64,000 bases of DNA from Takakia lepidozioides (taxonomy: Eukaryota > Plantae > Bryophyta), in assembly GCA_030704615.1 (NCBI GenBank), contig CM060732.1:80786001-80850000 (forward strand), read 5' to 3'. The notes below the pieces were generated by a model. The model saw only the letters and a list, made by a program, of their open reading frames with translations, was not told the origin of the DNA and ran no database searches. Made by a program: the position numbers and the translations under genes. Positions within the stretch are counted from its first letter, which is position 1. Each line of letters opens with the position of its first letter. Below are positions 12,098 to 24,014 of this stretch, piece by piece.

Positions 12098-13224
12098 AAA
12101 AACAGATAACAGAGATGAGGAGAAGCTTTGGAGTGAACACTTTTCGGACCCCAGTCAACGGTGGGACACTGTAGAAAAAAAGGTGAATGCCTGTTGGACT
12201 ACAGAGAGAAGCAGATGCAATTCAGACTTGGAACTACTGTAATAAGTAGGGTTGGGTTGTTTGCTGGAAGAACTTCATGCCGTCAGTGTCAGCTTCTAGC
12301 AGCAAGGCTGGGGATGTATTCATGATTTGTACACAGGCAGGGATAGCTGAAGGACCAGGATAGAGGTCCAGGTTCATCCAAGAGGGCCGAATTTCAAACA
12401 CAAGATTACTTCTGATTCCCTGTGGATCAATAGCACAAGAAATCTGCGTGGGTAGATGGTAAACTGGAAACAGCAGCGGCAGCAGCACAATTGATAGAAC
12501 CAGGCACTGATAATGAAGGCACCTTCTTCGACACATTTCAGCCTGTTTTTCCCTGTTATCGAGTCGTCCCTATATTTTCATGTTGAATTCTGCAAGTTAG
12601 CTCGTTGGTGGTGGTTTTGGAGTGATTTTAACATGTTACTGCCAATGTGGCAACAGGAAAGTATTGAAAAATAGATAACAGAGATGAGGAGAAGCTCTGG
12701 AATGAATACGTTTCCGACCCCAGTCAATGGTGGAACAATCCAGGCAAAAAGGTGAATGTCTGTTGGAAGCAGACGCAAGTCAGCAGAGGAACTGGTGTGA
12801 TAAGTAGGGTTGGGGTGTTTGCTGGAACAATCTAGGCTGTCATTGTCAGCTGCTAGCAGCAAGGCAAGGATGTATGCATGATTTGTGCAGAGGCATGGAC
12901 AGCTACAAGAAACAGCATGGGTAGATGGTCAACTGGAAGCCGCAGCAGCAGCGGCACAGTTGATAAAATCAGGCACTGCTAATGAAGGCACCTTCTTCAA
13001 CACATTTCACCCTGTTTTTCCCTCTCATCAGAATCGGCCCTAAATTTCCATGTTGAATTCTGCCAGTTAGCTGGTTGAGTGAATCTAGTTTGGAGTGACT
13101 TTGACATGATACTGCCAATGTGACAACAGGAAAGTATCCAAAAACAGGTAATAGAGGTGAGGAGAAGCTGTGGAATGAATACTTTTCTGACCCCAGTCAA
13201 TGGTGGGACAACCGAGGCAAAAAG
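12098..13224 (+). pseudogene. Tandem PDF-motif exon pairs, cluster 2 (exons approx. 12098-12182, 12372-12518, 12657-12751, 12900-12987, 13130-13224)
   Basis: Same exon B / GT-AG intron / exon C / GC-AG intron unit. Exon 13130-13224 is intact: GKYPKTGNRGEEKLWNEYFSDPSQWWDNRGKK. Confidence 0.82.
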
Positions 13225-13242
13225 GTGAATGCCTGTCAAATT

Positions 13243-13815
13243 ACCAGATGTCATTCTGAACACTGCCCTGGTGGACATGTATGCCAAATGTGGGTGCATC
13301 GAGGATGCAAAGGGAGTGTCCAACACTATGGCTGAACGAGATGTGGTGTCGTGGAGTGCGATGCTTGCAGGGTATGCACAGCAGGGGCGTGGGATGGAGG
13401 CTTTGGAGACCTATGAGCAAATGATGGGGGAAGTGCATGGTGACATCATCAAAGCTGGAATTGTACCAAATGTCATTCTGGACACTGCCCTGGTGGACAT
13501 GTATGCGAAATGTGGGTGCATTGAGGATGCAAAGGGAGTACTTGACAATATGGCTGAACGAAATGTGGTGTCGTGGAACGCGATGATCGCAGGATATGCC
13601 CAGCATGGTTAATGTCATAGGGAGGTCCTGCAACTATTTAAAGGAATGCAAAAGAATGGTTTGAAGCTGGACAATATCACCTTTATATGTGTTCTCTCTG
13701 CATGCAGCCACACTGGCCTACTGGATGAAGGAAGACACTACTTCGATTACCTGAGTCAAGATCATGGTGTCACTGTGACAGTAAAGCACTTTGGCTGCAT
13801 GGTGGACCTATTTGC
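13243..13815 (+). pseudogene. Internally deleted PLS-PPR remnant (S-P-partial L-S-P2-L2-start of S2)
   Basis: ORFs 13229-13612 and 13646-13834: TALVDMYAKCG, NVVSWNAMIAGYAQHG, ITFICVLSACSHTGLLDEG, HFGCMVDLF. Confidence 0.85.
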
Positions 13816-13825
13816 CCTACAGCAG

Positions 13826-14523
13826 ATCAAGTAATGAGAGCTCTGGCAGGAATTCTTCTCAGATCCTTCGGTGGTGGGGGAACGGGTTGGATAAGGTGAG
13901 GGTATCTTCATTTCAAATGTAACAGGGTTTGTCAGGAGTGGTTGTGACTGAACTTGTATAATGATGTTGTGTGGACTGAATTTTTACGCCAGTCGTTAGC
14001 TTGATGTTTAGTTTCGGTTTGGTGTGAATAAGCAGCGGGAGCCTCAAAAGTAGTCCTTACTATTGCAATGGGTAGACAGCAGGTCGATGATGGTTGCTCC
14101 ATAGGATCTGAAAGATAATTGAAGCTTAGGTTGTGTAGCCTGGTCTGTGCAAGGCTATGGTTGACAAGGTTGAAGCAATGGCTGCTCTGCCCAGTGGTGG
14201 TTTTAACAGAAAACTCCAAGATCACCTGACTTCAGACGTGAGTGCACAAACCCTCATTGGGTGAAAAATGAGCTATCTACGAGGATACAACGTTGGGCAC
14301 AATCTGGTGAAGGCACTAATGTCAATATACACCAGAAAGCTCCAGGCCAAGAATACAACAGCTATTATTTTCATACTGAATTAGGGGTTCCCATAGACGT
14401 TATACAGTCAGAACTCCATGCAGATGACTGTGGTTGTTTTGTTGTAGCCCCTTTAACTTGTCGGAGGGACCCTGTCCTTGTGAGGCCTGTCTTGAGAGTA
14501 TCTAGAGCCTGCAGATATCCCAT
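13826..14523 (+). other. Upstream PDF-motif exons of the first PPR-DYW gene (approx. 13826-13895, 14210-14312, linker 14448-14523)
   Basis: ELWQEFFSDPS(fs)WWGNGLDK|GTGAGG; AG|KTPRSPDFRRECTNPHWVKNEL...QSGEG|GC; linker exon ends AT|GTGAGT in phase 2, matching the AG|A-ATG acceptor at 14564. The last predicted intron is only 40 nt. Confidence 0.6.
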
Positions 14524-14564
14524 GTGAGTTTAAAGGTGAAAGTGTTAACTCACTCTTTTGCAGA

Positions 14565-17080
14565 ATGGCAGGTTTGAATCAGGCACAGTTGTTAACATCA
14601 GATACATGCTCGATGACCACTGCGTTTGAAGGAGGACCAAGATATGGAGTCGTCAAGAATTCTGCTAGCACTTATGTGGATGTAAGGACACTCTGTAAGG
14701 CAGGACAACTGAAAGAGGCTCTAAGCATTTTGAACCAAGGATGCATTTCGGAGTACTCGAACGCTTATGTCTGTCTTCTGCAGCAGTGCATCAAAATCAA
14801 AGGCCTAGCCGAGGGAAAGCAGGTGCATGCTCACATCATCCAAAGTGGATTCAAACCAAACATTTTTGTACTCAGCACCCTTGTCAACATGTATGCCAAG
14901 TGTGGGAGTGTGGTGCAGGCACGCCAGGTGTTTGACAAAATGCCTGAACGAGACATGGTTACGTGGAACACAATGATAGGAGGATATGCCAAACATGGAT
15001 GTGGTAGGGAGGCTTTCGAGATCTATGAGCAAATGCAACAGGAGGGAGTGATACCTAACAAGGTCACATTCGTGTGTGTTCTCAACGCGTGTGCCACCAT
15101 AGCAGCACTAGAAAAAGGAAAAAGAGGTTCATGCTGAGATCATCAAAGCTGGAATTGGCTCATATATTAAGTTGGAGAATACCCTTGTTGACATGTATGC
15201 CAAATGCGGGAGCATAAAGGATGCGCAGCAAGTGTTTGAGAAAATGGTGCAACGAGATGTGGTCTCATGGAATGTCATGATTGCAGGATATGTTCAGCAT
15301 GGATGTGGTTGGCAGGCTTTGGAGAACTACGAGCAAATGATGCAAGAAGGGGTGGTGCCCGACAAGGTGACATTTATTTGCGTTCTCAAGGCGTGTGCTA
15401 GCGTAGGAGCCCTGGAAAAGGGCAAAGAGGTCCATGCTGATATGATGAAAGCTGGAATTGTGTCATCTACTAATTTGGAGAACACCCTTATTGACATGTA
15501 TGCCAAATGCGGGAGCATGAAGTTTGCCTGTCAAGTGTTTGACCATATGGCACACCGAGATGTGGTCTCATGGAACACCATGATTGCAGGATATGCTCAG
15601 CATGGGCATGGTAGGGAGTCTCTAGAGTTCTATGAGCAAATGAGCCGAGGAGGGTTGCTGCCCGACAAGGTCACATTCACTTGCGTTCTTAATGCATGTG
15701 CCAGTCTGGCAGGGCTGGAGAAGGGCAAGGAGGTCCATTCTGAAATCATCAAGGCTGGAATTGAGTCATTTATTAATTTGGAGAATACCCTCGTGGACAT
15801 GTATGCTAAGTGTGGGAGCATGAATGATGCACGTCGAGTGTTTGACAACATGGATCAGCGGAATGTGGTCTCATGGAATGCTATGATCACAGGATATGCT
15901 CAGCAGGGTTGTGCTTTGGAGATTTATGAACAAATGATATTTGAACGGTTGATGCCCAACAACATTACATTCACTTGTGTTCTCAGTGCATGTGCCAGCC
16001 TGGCAGCCCTGGAAAAGGGCTTAAAGATCCCTGATGACATCGCCAAAACCGGAGTCCCGCTGAATATCATTCTGGAGACTGTCCTCGTAGACATGTATGC
16101 CAAGTGCGGGAGCATGACAAATGCTCGCCGAGTTTTTGACAATATGGCTCATCGCAATGTGGTCTCATGGAGTGCCATGATAGCAGGGTATGGTCAGCAT
16201 GGGTCTGGTAGGGAGGCCCTTCAGCTATTTGAACAAATGCAAAGGGAAGGCTTGAAGCCTAATGGTATCACCTTTATATGTGTTCTCTCTGCATGTAACC
16301 ATGTGGGCCTACTGGATGAGGGCTGTCACTATTTTTTTTCCATGAATCAAGATCATGGCCTCACTCCTACAATGGAGCATTTTGGCTGCATGGTGGACCT
16401 TTTTGGCCGTGCAGGGCAATTGGAGGAGGCAGAGGACTTGATCAACATAATGCCAATTGAACCAGGTGCCGGGGTGTGGGGGGGCCTTGCTTGGTGCTTG
16501 TAGAATTTATGGGGATGTAGATAGAGCAGAACGTGCAGCAGATCTCTTTCTCAAGTGGGATCCTCAGCATGCTCCGACTTACATGCTGCTGTCGAACATT
16601 TATGCTGTGGCTGGCAGGTTGGACGATAAAGCAAAGGTGACCAAACTAATGGAGGACAGAGGTGTCAGAAAGGAGCAAGAGAAGTGCTGGACTGAGGTCA
16701 ACAACCAGGTACATACATTCAATGAAGGAGAAGCATTACACCCTCAAATTGAGGAAATTCATGCCGAGCTGGTTAGATTGTCTGAGAAGATGAAGGAGAC
16801 AGGGTCTATGGCTGAAATGCACTTTGTACTGCATGATGCGGTGGAGAGAAAAGAAATATCCCTTTGTCAACACAATCAGATGTTGGCCATTGCTTTTGGG
16901 CTCATCAGCACCTCCCTTGGGACGCCTCTCCATGTTGTCAAAAACCTTTGGGTGTGTGGGGACTGCCACACCACCACCAAGTTCATCTCAAAGATTGTGA
17001 GACGATCAGTAATTGTACGGGATGCCAACCGCCTTCACCACTTCCAAGATGGAGTTTGTTCTTGTGGGGATAACTGGTGA
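14565..17080 (+). pseudogene. PLS-class PPR-E-DYW RNA editing factor with two +1 frameshifts and a degenerate deaminase site (HNQ for HSE, ends DNW)
   Basis: ORFs 14565-15137, 15172-16503 and 16457-17080 join into (L-S-P)x4-L-S-P2-L2-S2-E1-E2-DYW. Breaks fall in an A run (~15119-15123) and a G run (~16478-16484). Confidence 0.9.
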
Positions 17081-18348
17081 AGGAGCATGGTGGATTTTAA
17101 TAATGCGTTGCAATATACGTGAGGATGGATATGTCATATATTTCAAAGCTCGCATAGTGAAAGAAAGAGTGTATGACATGAATGCATTCAGCACTTTGCA
17201 CTCTTTTTGAGCTGCCCCTGGCAATGATCACTGAGTATGATCATTGGACAACAGTGGTGTGAAGACCAGAAAAACTGTCCTGGAGTCCTCAACATAATCA
17301 TAGGTGTGCAGAAAATCCCCATTTACTGGGGCTAGAAGTTTGTGCATAGAAGAAGTTGACATTTTCGATCCCCAAGAGATTGTGGAACGCTGAGTATTCG
17401 GGATATTCTATGGAGTTACTGTGGGAGCCTCCATTACCTCGCACTAGTTGATGTCTGTGCCTATTCCTGGCACAAGCAATGAGGGGCTTACAAATCAATC
17501 ACCCTTGATTTAATTGACCAGCTGGGAGGTTGATCTCTCTGTCCAAGTAGCAAGATTGTGCATACTTGAATGTGCAATGATAGGCCCTCCAGTTCGTGGA
17601 AGCTGCCCAGCTCTACATACAATGCACTAGCTTCACTGACTTAGAGTATACTCAAACTGCTGAGCAGCGACCCTAATGTGGGTCCCTAACTGTGGTAGTG
17701 AGACCCGCAACCTGTTGTGATCACCAACGCAAACGCGGTAATAGCAATGTCGTCTATGGAAAAAAGTTCTAAGCTTTGCATGTTCCCTTCTTTGGCTGGG
17801 CTTGGGACAAGAAGGCTTCAATGGGGGTTTTCTGGGCTGCGCAGCTTTGGTCCTGATCTTAAGTACCATCATGTGGGGGGGTGCTCAAATAAGCATATCA
17901 ACTATTTGAGTTTATGTACCTAGTGTAATTTTCAAGTTTTACCATCCAGCTAGCAGGTAACATGTAACATCCCTGAGAATAAAAAAGATAAGATAAAGAT
18001 GCTTAAGAATGTGAAAGTGTACTCATAAGTAACCAATGCACCTGCAAATTGTCGTTTTTACCGATTTGGAAGTGAATCAAGTGCAAAGTGGGCGGAGAAA
18101 GAGAGGTCTGAAAAGCGTTGTTCACCGTCCAAGCTAGCTGCAATGGCAGCCATCGCTGCAGGCTGAAACCCCGAGGCAAATACTTAGTGGTTGCGCTGTC
18201 CACCAACCACAGACGGAGCTTTTATTGTCGGGCGACTTTCAACACATTTCTATTGCTAAGTAGCACATCCTGCTTGCGCATTCTAGTGCCCTGTCAGATT
18301 CTTGTTTGCTGTCTTTGGGTGCTTCCGCGAGGGATTAGTTGAGAGACT

Positions 18349-20672
18349 ATGGCGGTCTCCATGGCCTCGCGCGCCCTGAGCCCGTGTGCCCTTGGTTTGA
18401 ACAATCAGAAATTTGAGCAATTACAGGCTTCAGGGAGTGGATTTGCTTTCAAGACTGCGTTCTTAGGATCCAATGTGAAGTTGGTGGCGGAATCGTCGGT
18501 AGGGAGTATGAGAAAGGGTGCCGTTTCTGGAACGGCAGTGGCCTCGGCGTCGGAGCTGGTGAAGGAGAAAGCTAAATCCGCATCGCAGGAGCTGGTGAGT
18601 TACCGTCATTACATACATCCAGGAACAATGACTCAGAGACAGAGAGAGCTATGTTTTGTGAATGTCCCTGCGGTCTTCTTGGAGCGCTTGAATGCTTTGT
18701 GTCCTTGTTGCTTTATCGATTTCCACGACTTGTTACTTGGAAGTCCTGGACATGTTTTGTTAGCTGACTAACCTCGGGAGCTGAAAACTTATTATGTACC
18801 TTTCCTACCATCGCATCTCCTTCTTACAAATAGGATGCTGGTTGCCCATGCAAACGTCTGAGAAAATACAACGTTTGCCTGTTGGCGGTGAGACTTCCTG
18901 CTTGGTAAGCTTATACGTCCAGGGAGGTCTTCGAGATCTTCAGATGGATCCGGAGACTTTCGTTGTCTTATGAAAGCAATCATCGTCTCTTGAATACGGA
19001 CTCTCCTATTCTGTTGTCTCCTTCCATGGTTTTGCTGGTTTTCAGTCTGGAGATGGGTTCCTGTCCGTTTCTGGCAACCTATCTCCTTCCATTTCTCCGA
19101 TGTCTCCAGGAGCTTATGATAGTGTTTGTTATGTTTGTCCTCCTTACATTCTTGCCCCCTTTTCTTTTAATTGACACTATCTTCCTAAACAGCCAGTTTC
19201 ATATTGGCCCTGCCCGTGGAAACAGTGACGCATGACTGTCAGATGGCTAGTTTTATTGATTCAGTTCAGGGTGGAATTTGCAGTTGGTCACCAAGGAAGA
19301 GGGACGTGAGATTTATGAAGATCTGGTGCTTGGAAGATCATTTGAGGACATGTGCGCACAGATGTACTACAGAGGAAAGATGTTTGGATTTGTGCATCTC
19401 TACAATGGCCAGGAAGCAGTGTCAACAGGCTTCATCAAGCTGCTAAAAAAGGAGGATTACGTCACGAGCACCTATAGAGACCATGTACATGCACTTAGCA
19501 AGGGCGTCCCAGCTCGTCAAGTGATGAGTGAACTCTTTGGAAAGTCCACTGGCTGCTGCCGGGGACAGGGAGGTTCGATGCACATGTTCTCCAAAGAACA
19601 TGGGTTACTGGGTGGATTTGCCTTCATTGGAGAAGGAATCCCTGTTGCAACCGGAGCAGCTTTTACTTCGAAATACAAAAGGGAGGTCTTGAAAGATGAC
19701 AATTCCGATGAAGTGTCAGTTGCTTTCTTTGGGGATGGGACAGCCAACAATGGCCAGTTTTTTGAGTGCCTAAACATGGCAACTCTTTGGAAGCTACCAA
19801 TCATCTTTGTGGTGGAGAACAATCTGTGGGCTATAGGAATGTCGCACTACAGATCCACCTCAGATCCAGAAATCTGGAAGAAGGGACCTGCTTTTGGCAT
19901 GCCTGGAGTCCATGTTGATGGCATGGATGTGTTGAAGGTGAGAGAGGTTGCTAAGGAGGCCATCGCAAGAGCTAGAAGAGGTGACGGACCTACTCTCATC
20001 GAATGTGAAACATACAGATTCAGGGGCCACTCGCTCGCCGACCCTGATGAACTCCGAGCCCCTTGTAAGTTGACAGAAGACTTCTCCCCTGCACCTCTTT
20101 AATAACTTTGCTCAAACACAGACACTTTGACGCAAATGGATTACTGGAATTTCTTATGATGACTGTTCATGTCAGTACCGTTGATATCTTTGAAATGTCC
20201 AGTGAGAAAAGAGCATCTATTTGCTACAGGCCATTTGGCAAGTGAAAGTGGTTCTAGGCACATTCTGCAAATAGGTTCTTCCAAGAAGACTTATGTTTAG
20301 TTAGAGAAAAAGTAAAATTGGAAGGAATCAGGGATCACACAATGTGGGCCAATCTTCAATCCTAATGGGGTGTCCTCTATTTGGTTGCTGACAGCTGAAA
20401 AAGCACACTATGCTGCAAGGGATCCTATTGTTTCCTTCAAGAAGTATCTGTTGGAGAATGAACTAGCCACTGAGGAAGAGTTGAAGGCTATTGACAAGAA
20501 GATCGATGACATCATTGAAGATGCAGTAGAGTTTGCAGATGCCAGTCCTCTCCCCATCCGCAGCCAACTCCTTGAGAATGTCTTTGCCGATCCTAGGGGA
20601 TTTGGTATTGGACCCGATGGGAAGTACAGATGTGAAGACCCCGGATTCACTGCTGGTACTGCCCAGGTGTAA
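18349..20672 (+). CDS. PDH-E1a: Plastid pyruvate dehydrogenase E1 alpha subunit, exons 18349-18594, 19284-20064, 20395-20672 (434 aa)
   Basis: Transit-peptide-like exon 1; [22 protein letters not shown] motif [29 protein letters not shown] junctions keep the frame. Confidence 0.96.
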
Positions 20673-21579
20673 TTCACCCCACTGCTCACTGTATGGCTCT
20701 TACAAAAAGCTGGTCCTATTTGGAAGTTGGTGAAGCCGCTGGATTCAAAACTCTCTGAAGTCATGCCGACAGGTTGGAAGGTTGTCTGAGTGACAGATTT
20801 GCACAATAATGAGTCACACACTTGTTTGTTGGAGTATCTGTCCCACGCGGACTCTTCAAAGTTCTGTGAGGATCACCTCGAAGTAGTCATAGGATTCCCC
20901 TTTCCACAGCTTTGTGGGTCTGGGATAATTTTGTCTAGAGCTGTAGTTTTAAGTTTTAACCTTTATTTCACGAGCTGAAGACAGCATAAAGAGTTAGCTA
21001 GGTGCTGGTTTCAGGTCACACCTGTTGACTGCTGCAATTGATTTTTTATTATTTTCCCCAAAGAAGACATTTTAGGATACACATTAGTGGGAAGATATTT
21101 TGAATTAGATTTATGCCAGAAGGTGATAGTCAACCCTTTATGCAATGCCAAGGAAATAAACTCATATTTTCTTTCACGCCATTATCATTTGCTGAAGTTG
21201 CCTTCCGTCAAATGTACTGGATGCTGGCACTATCCAGACTTAGAAATTAGGACAACACTATCATGTTCAATCTTTCGCCTCGCTTACTGCCTCTTGTGAT
21301 TTTCGTGTCTATTGTTGGGGGAAGGTTTCCCCTTTGCAAACCCTGTGTGGTTTCGTTTTTCCTCATTCTTAATGCAGTTTGGGTCCTCTTTTCCCCCCTT
21401 TAATTTTTTTTTAAATTTTAAAGGAAACACCTGGGAGCGACAGCTCACAAATCAGGCCCCTTAATTAAGAGGAGAAAATACACCACCCAGGAACTGTGAG
21501 ACTGAACCAACTGGGGCTTCATCCACTTTATCAGAAAAAAGGGGAAAAGACCAACTTGAATGGAGAATTACTAATGCCC

Positions 21580-22123
21580 TGTGGAGCTGGGATTCCTTCT
21601 CACCTTCTTTTTCGACTTGGATTAACGGAGGAGGGATGTACCCCGGATGATTTAGGGATGGACGGAATCAGGATGAAGTCTGGATGAACTTACACCTTGC
21701 GCATGAGGATGAGCTGGCAACAGCTTATGACTTTATTAGGTGCTGTCTTATTCTAACAGCTAGTTTAGGATTAGATTAGGATGGATATGGGTGATCTGGC
21801 TTCTTTCTATGGCTATGCCGGAAGGGCATCTGGCTGGCCTATATGTAAGTGCCACACGGCACTAGGATTAGATTACGACCTAATACTATTTAAGCTCCAC
21901 TACCGTGGCAGTGAGGGTGGTGACTTTTGGGTCTTACGCGGGTGTACGCTTGGTGTAACGGTGTACTTGAGTGTGTTGATGAATGCGTTTTGGATGTCCG
22001 ACTCTGTTGCGTCCTCTTCGAGAGATTCCGTCTTCTCTGCCAGGCCCATCTATCGACTACATCCCCCCTTGATAGGATTAAGTCCGATAGAGGAAGGGGA
22101 ACAAACCCATAGCGCCGGAATCA
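21580..22123 (+). repeat. 5' LTR of the outer Ty3 element (TG...CA)
   Basis: About 96% identical by manual count (roughly 21 substitutions, 1 indel) to 41444-41986. Confidence 0.9.
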
Positions 22124-22139
22124 TGGTGGAGATGCGGGG
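22124..22139 (+). promoter_or_regulatory. Primer binding site complementary to the tRNA-Ala 3' end
   Basis: TGGTGGAGATGCGGGG directly after the LTR CA; reverse complement of CCCCGCATCTCCACCA. Confidence 0.8.
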
Positions 22140-22264
22140 TAGCTAAAAATCGTTAACAGAGAATTTGGCTCGTACGAAACACCTGAAAACAGTAGATTAC
22201 GTACGGGGGATCCTACATGATTGAGGAGAGAGGTGGTGGCAAAATGGCGGCTTGTATGTCATGC

Positions 22265-22269
<5 letters not shown>

Positions 22270-22301
<32 letters not shown>

Positions 22302-22308
22302 GAGAGAG

Positions 22309-22359
<51 letters not shown>
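22270..22359. repeat. (GA)n microsatellite in the element leader
   Basis: About 90 bp of near-perfect GA repeats. Confidence 0.95.
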
Positions 22360-22364
<5 letters not shown>

Positions 22365-24014
22365 CTGCTCAAGCTTTTCTGTGTTTTGAGAGTTTCGCAA
22401 GTGAGCACTATGGCTTCCAATTCTGAGCGTGGTTGGGTTGAACTTGATCAATTTGAGGTCCCGTGCTTGAGACAGACCCAGGCATTGGAATCTTGCTACA
22501 TTTGTGAGCTTGCACGCAACCTGTTACCTGAGCAGCTAGTGTTTGTCGATTATCCGGAGGGAGAACCTATTCCACGGAATGAGCTCCCGCTGGACACGCC
22601 CTCAGAGTTTTGGGCCAAGACCTTTGAGGAAACTCCACACAAAGAAGCTTCCAAGCCCATACACACTAAAGCGGAGCAGACGGAGCAGAGCCGGCGCATT
22701 CGCGAGTCTCTTTAGGGAGCCTACACCGCGCGCCTTCTCCTCAAGCTCCATTCCAGGGAAGTCACTCTGCAGATTCCCCTTGCTAGTGCGAAGGAGCAGT
22801 TGGAGAGTGGTGAGAAACTTAGTTGGGCTGTCTTGGGCATTCCACAATTCTCAGTGAACCGAGAATTGGGTGTAGAGCTTGAGAGCTTCCTACCTCCTGA
22901 CAAGCCGAGCCCTCTACGATTGTGGGAACTGGTTAAAGGGGGTATATCGATTCAGCTTGCTAATTTGAGGCCTCGAGTTCCACCAGCCCCTACCCGGGAT
23001 CCCACTTGGGAAGAGTTCATCACTGGTATTCCCGACTCTGATTTTCCTTTTTGTCCCCGTGATGTGTTGATCTTTCCGGGGGTGTGTTTTCGGCGTGAAA
23101 CAGTAGGTCTCTACAAGGCCGAAGTAGCCAAGGGATATCCTGCCCATACGTTGTTGGTGAAAGAAAAGGTGGTACGCAACATCGTGCGCGTAACTTTTGG
23201 CTCAAGGGTGAAGAGGAGCTGTGGGCGTTCTTGGGGGAAGGAGTGTACCTGCTGCACAAGCATCGCTTCATCACGTCTCATTGTGTGTCTAGGTGGGATT
23301 CGAAGTTCAGTGCCCCTTCGGACAGGTAGCCGTGTACTCCTCTTCTCATGCCTGTATTTACGAGATCTATGCTAGAGAGAGAAGCAGAAGAGACGATGGG
23401 ACTAAGTGAGTTGGAAAAACGTGCAGCGGAGGAGAGGGAAGAGACAACAACTAATGAAAGAAATAATACGGAAAGGGGAGAGTCGTCCGGAGATCACAAG
23501 GATCCGGCGACTGTACCTCAACCCACATTTGATTTGGACGAGCTGTATGAAGCCATGGGGGTGATTTCAAATTGCCCCCCACTTATGAAGATGTTGCTGA
23601 AACAAACTGAAGTTCCGGATACCACATCATGGAAAACTGATCATGGGGAGCGAATGCATAAGCAACAATACCCTGAATACAACTTAGGGGAGGATTTTGA
23701 GTCCTTCTTGGAATCTTTTGAAATCAGCACTGAAATGAATGGCGTTCCCCCCCGGTTCCAAGTAAAGTCTTTTCGGATCTGTCTCAAGGGAGAGGCCATG
23801 CAAATGTTTGAGTCTAATATCAAGGACAAAAATGATCTTACTTGGTAGAAGCCAGAGAATTGGCTCGCAGGCTCTTTCGTGAAGAAAAGCCCATAGCTTA
23901 CACCACACCAGACTTAGAATTTCATTATGGCGACAGTGTGTGGAAATACTACACTGACTTGCGAATTGCAATCTGTAAGTCAGTTCTAATTGCCTCAGAA
24001 AGACTTGCTATTTT

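Noticed and set aside
5180-13240. Interspersed repeats as a CRISPR-like array
   Set aside because: Units are hundreds of bp with exon-intron structure and no unique spacers; the context is eukaryotic.
13120-13612. Direct in-frame PDF-PPR fusion ORF at the 13225-13245 junction
   Set aside because: WWDNRGKK and PDVILNTALVDMY are in different frames and the remaining intron piece is too short to splice.
22197-22451. ORFs with ER or SL dipeptide runs
   Set aside because: Translations of the (GA)n microsatellite.
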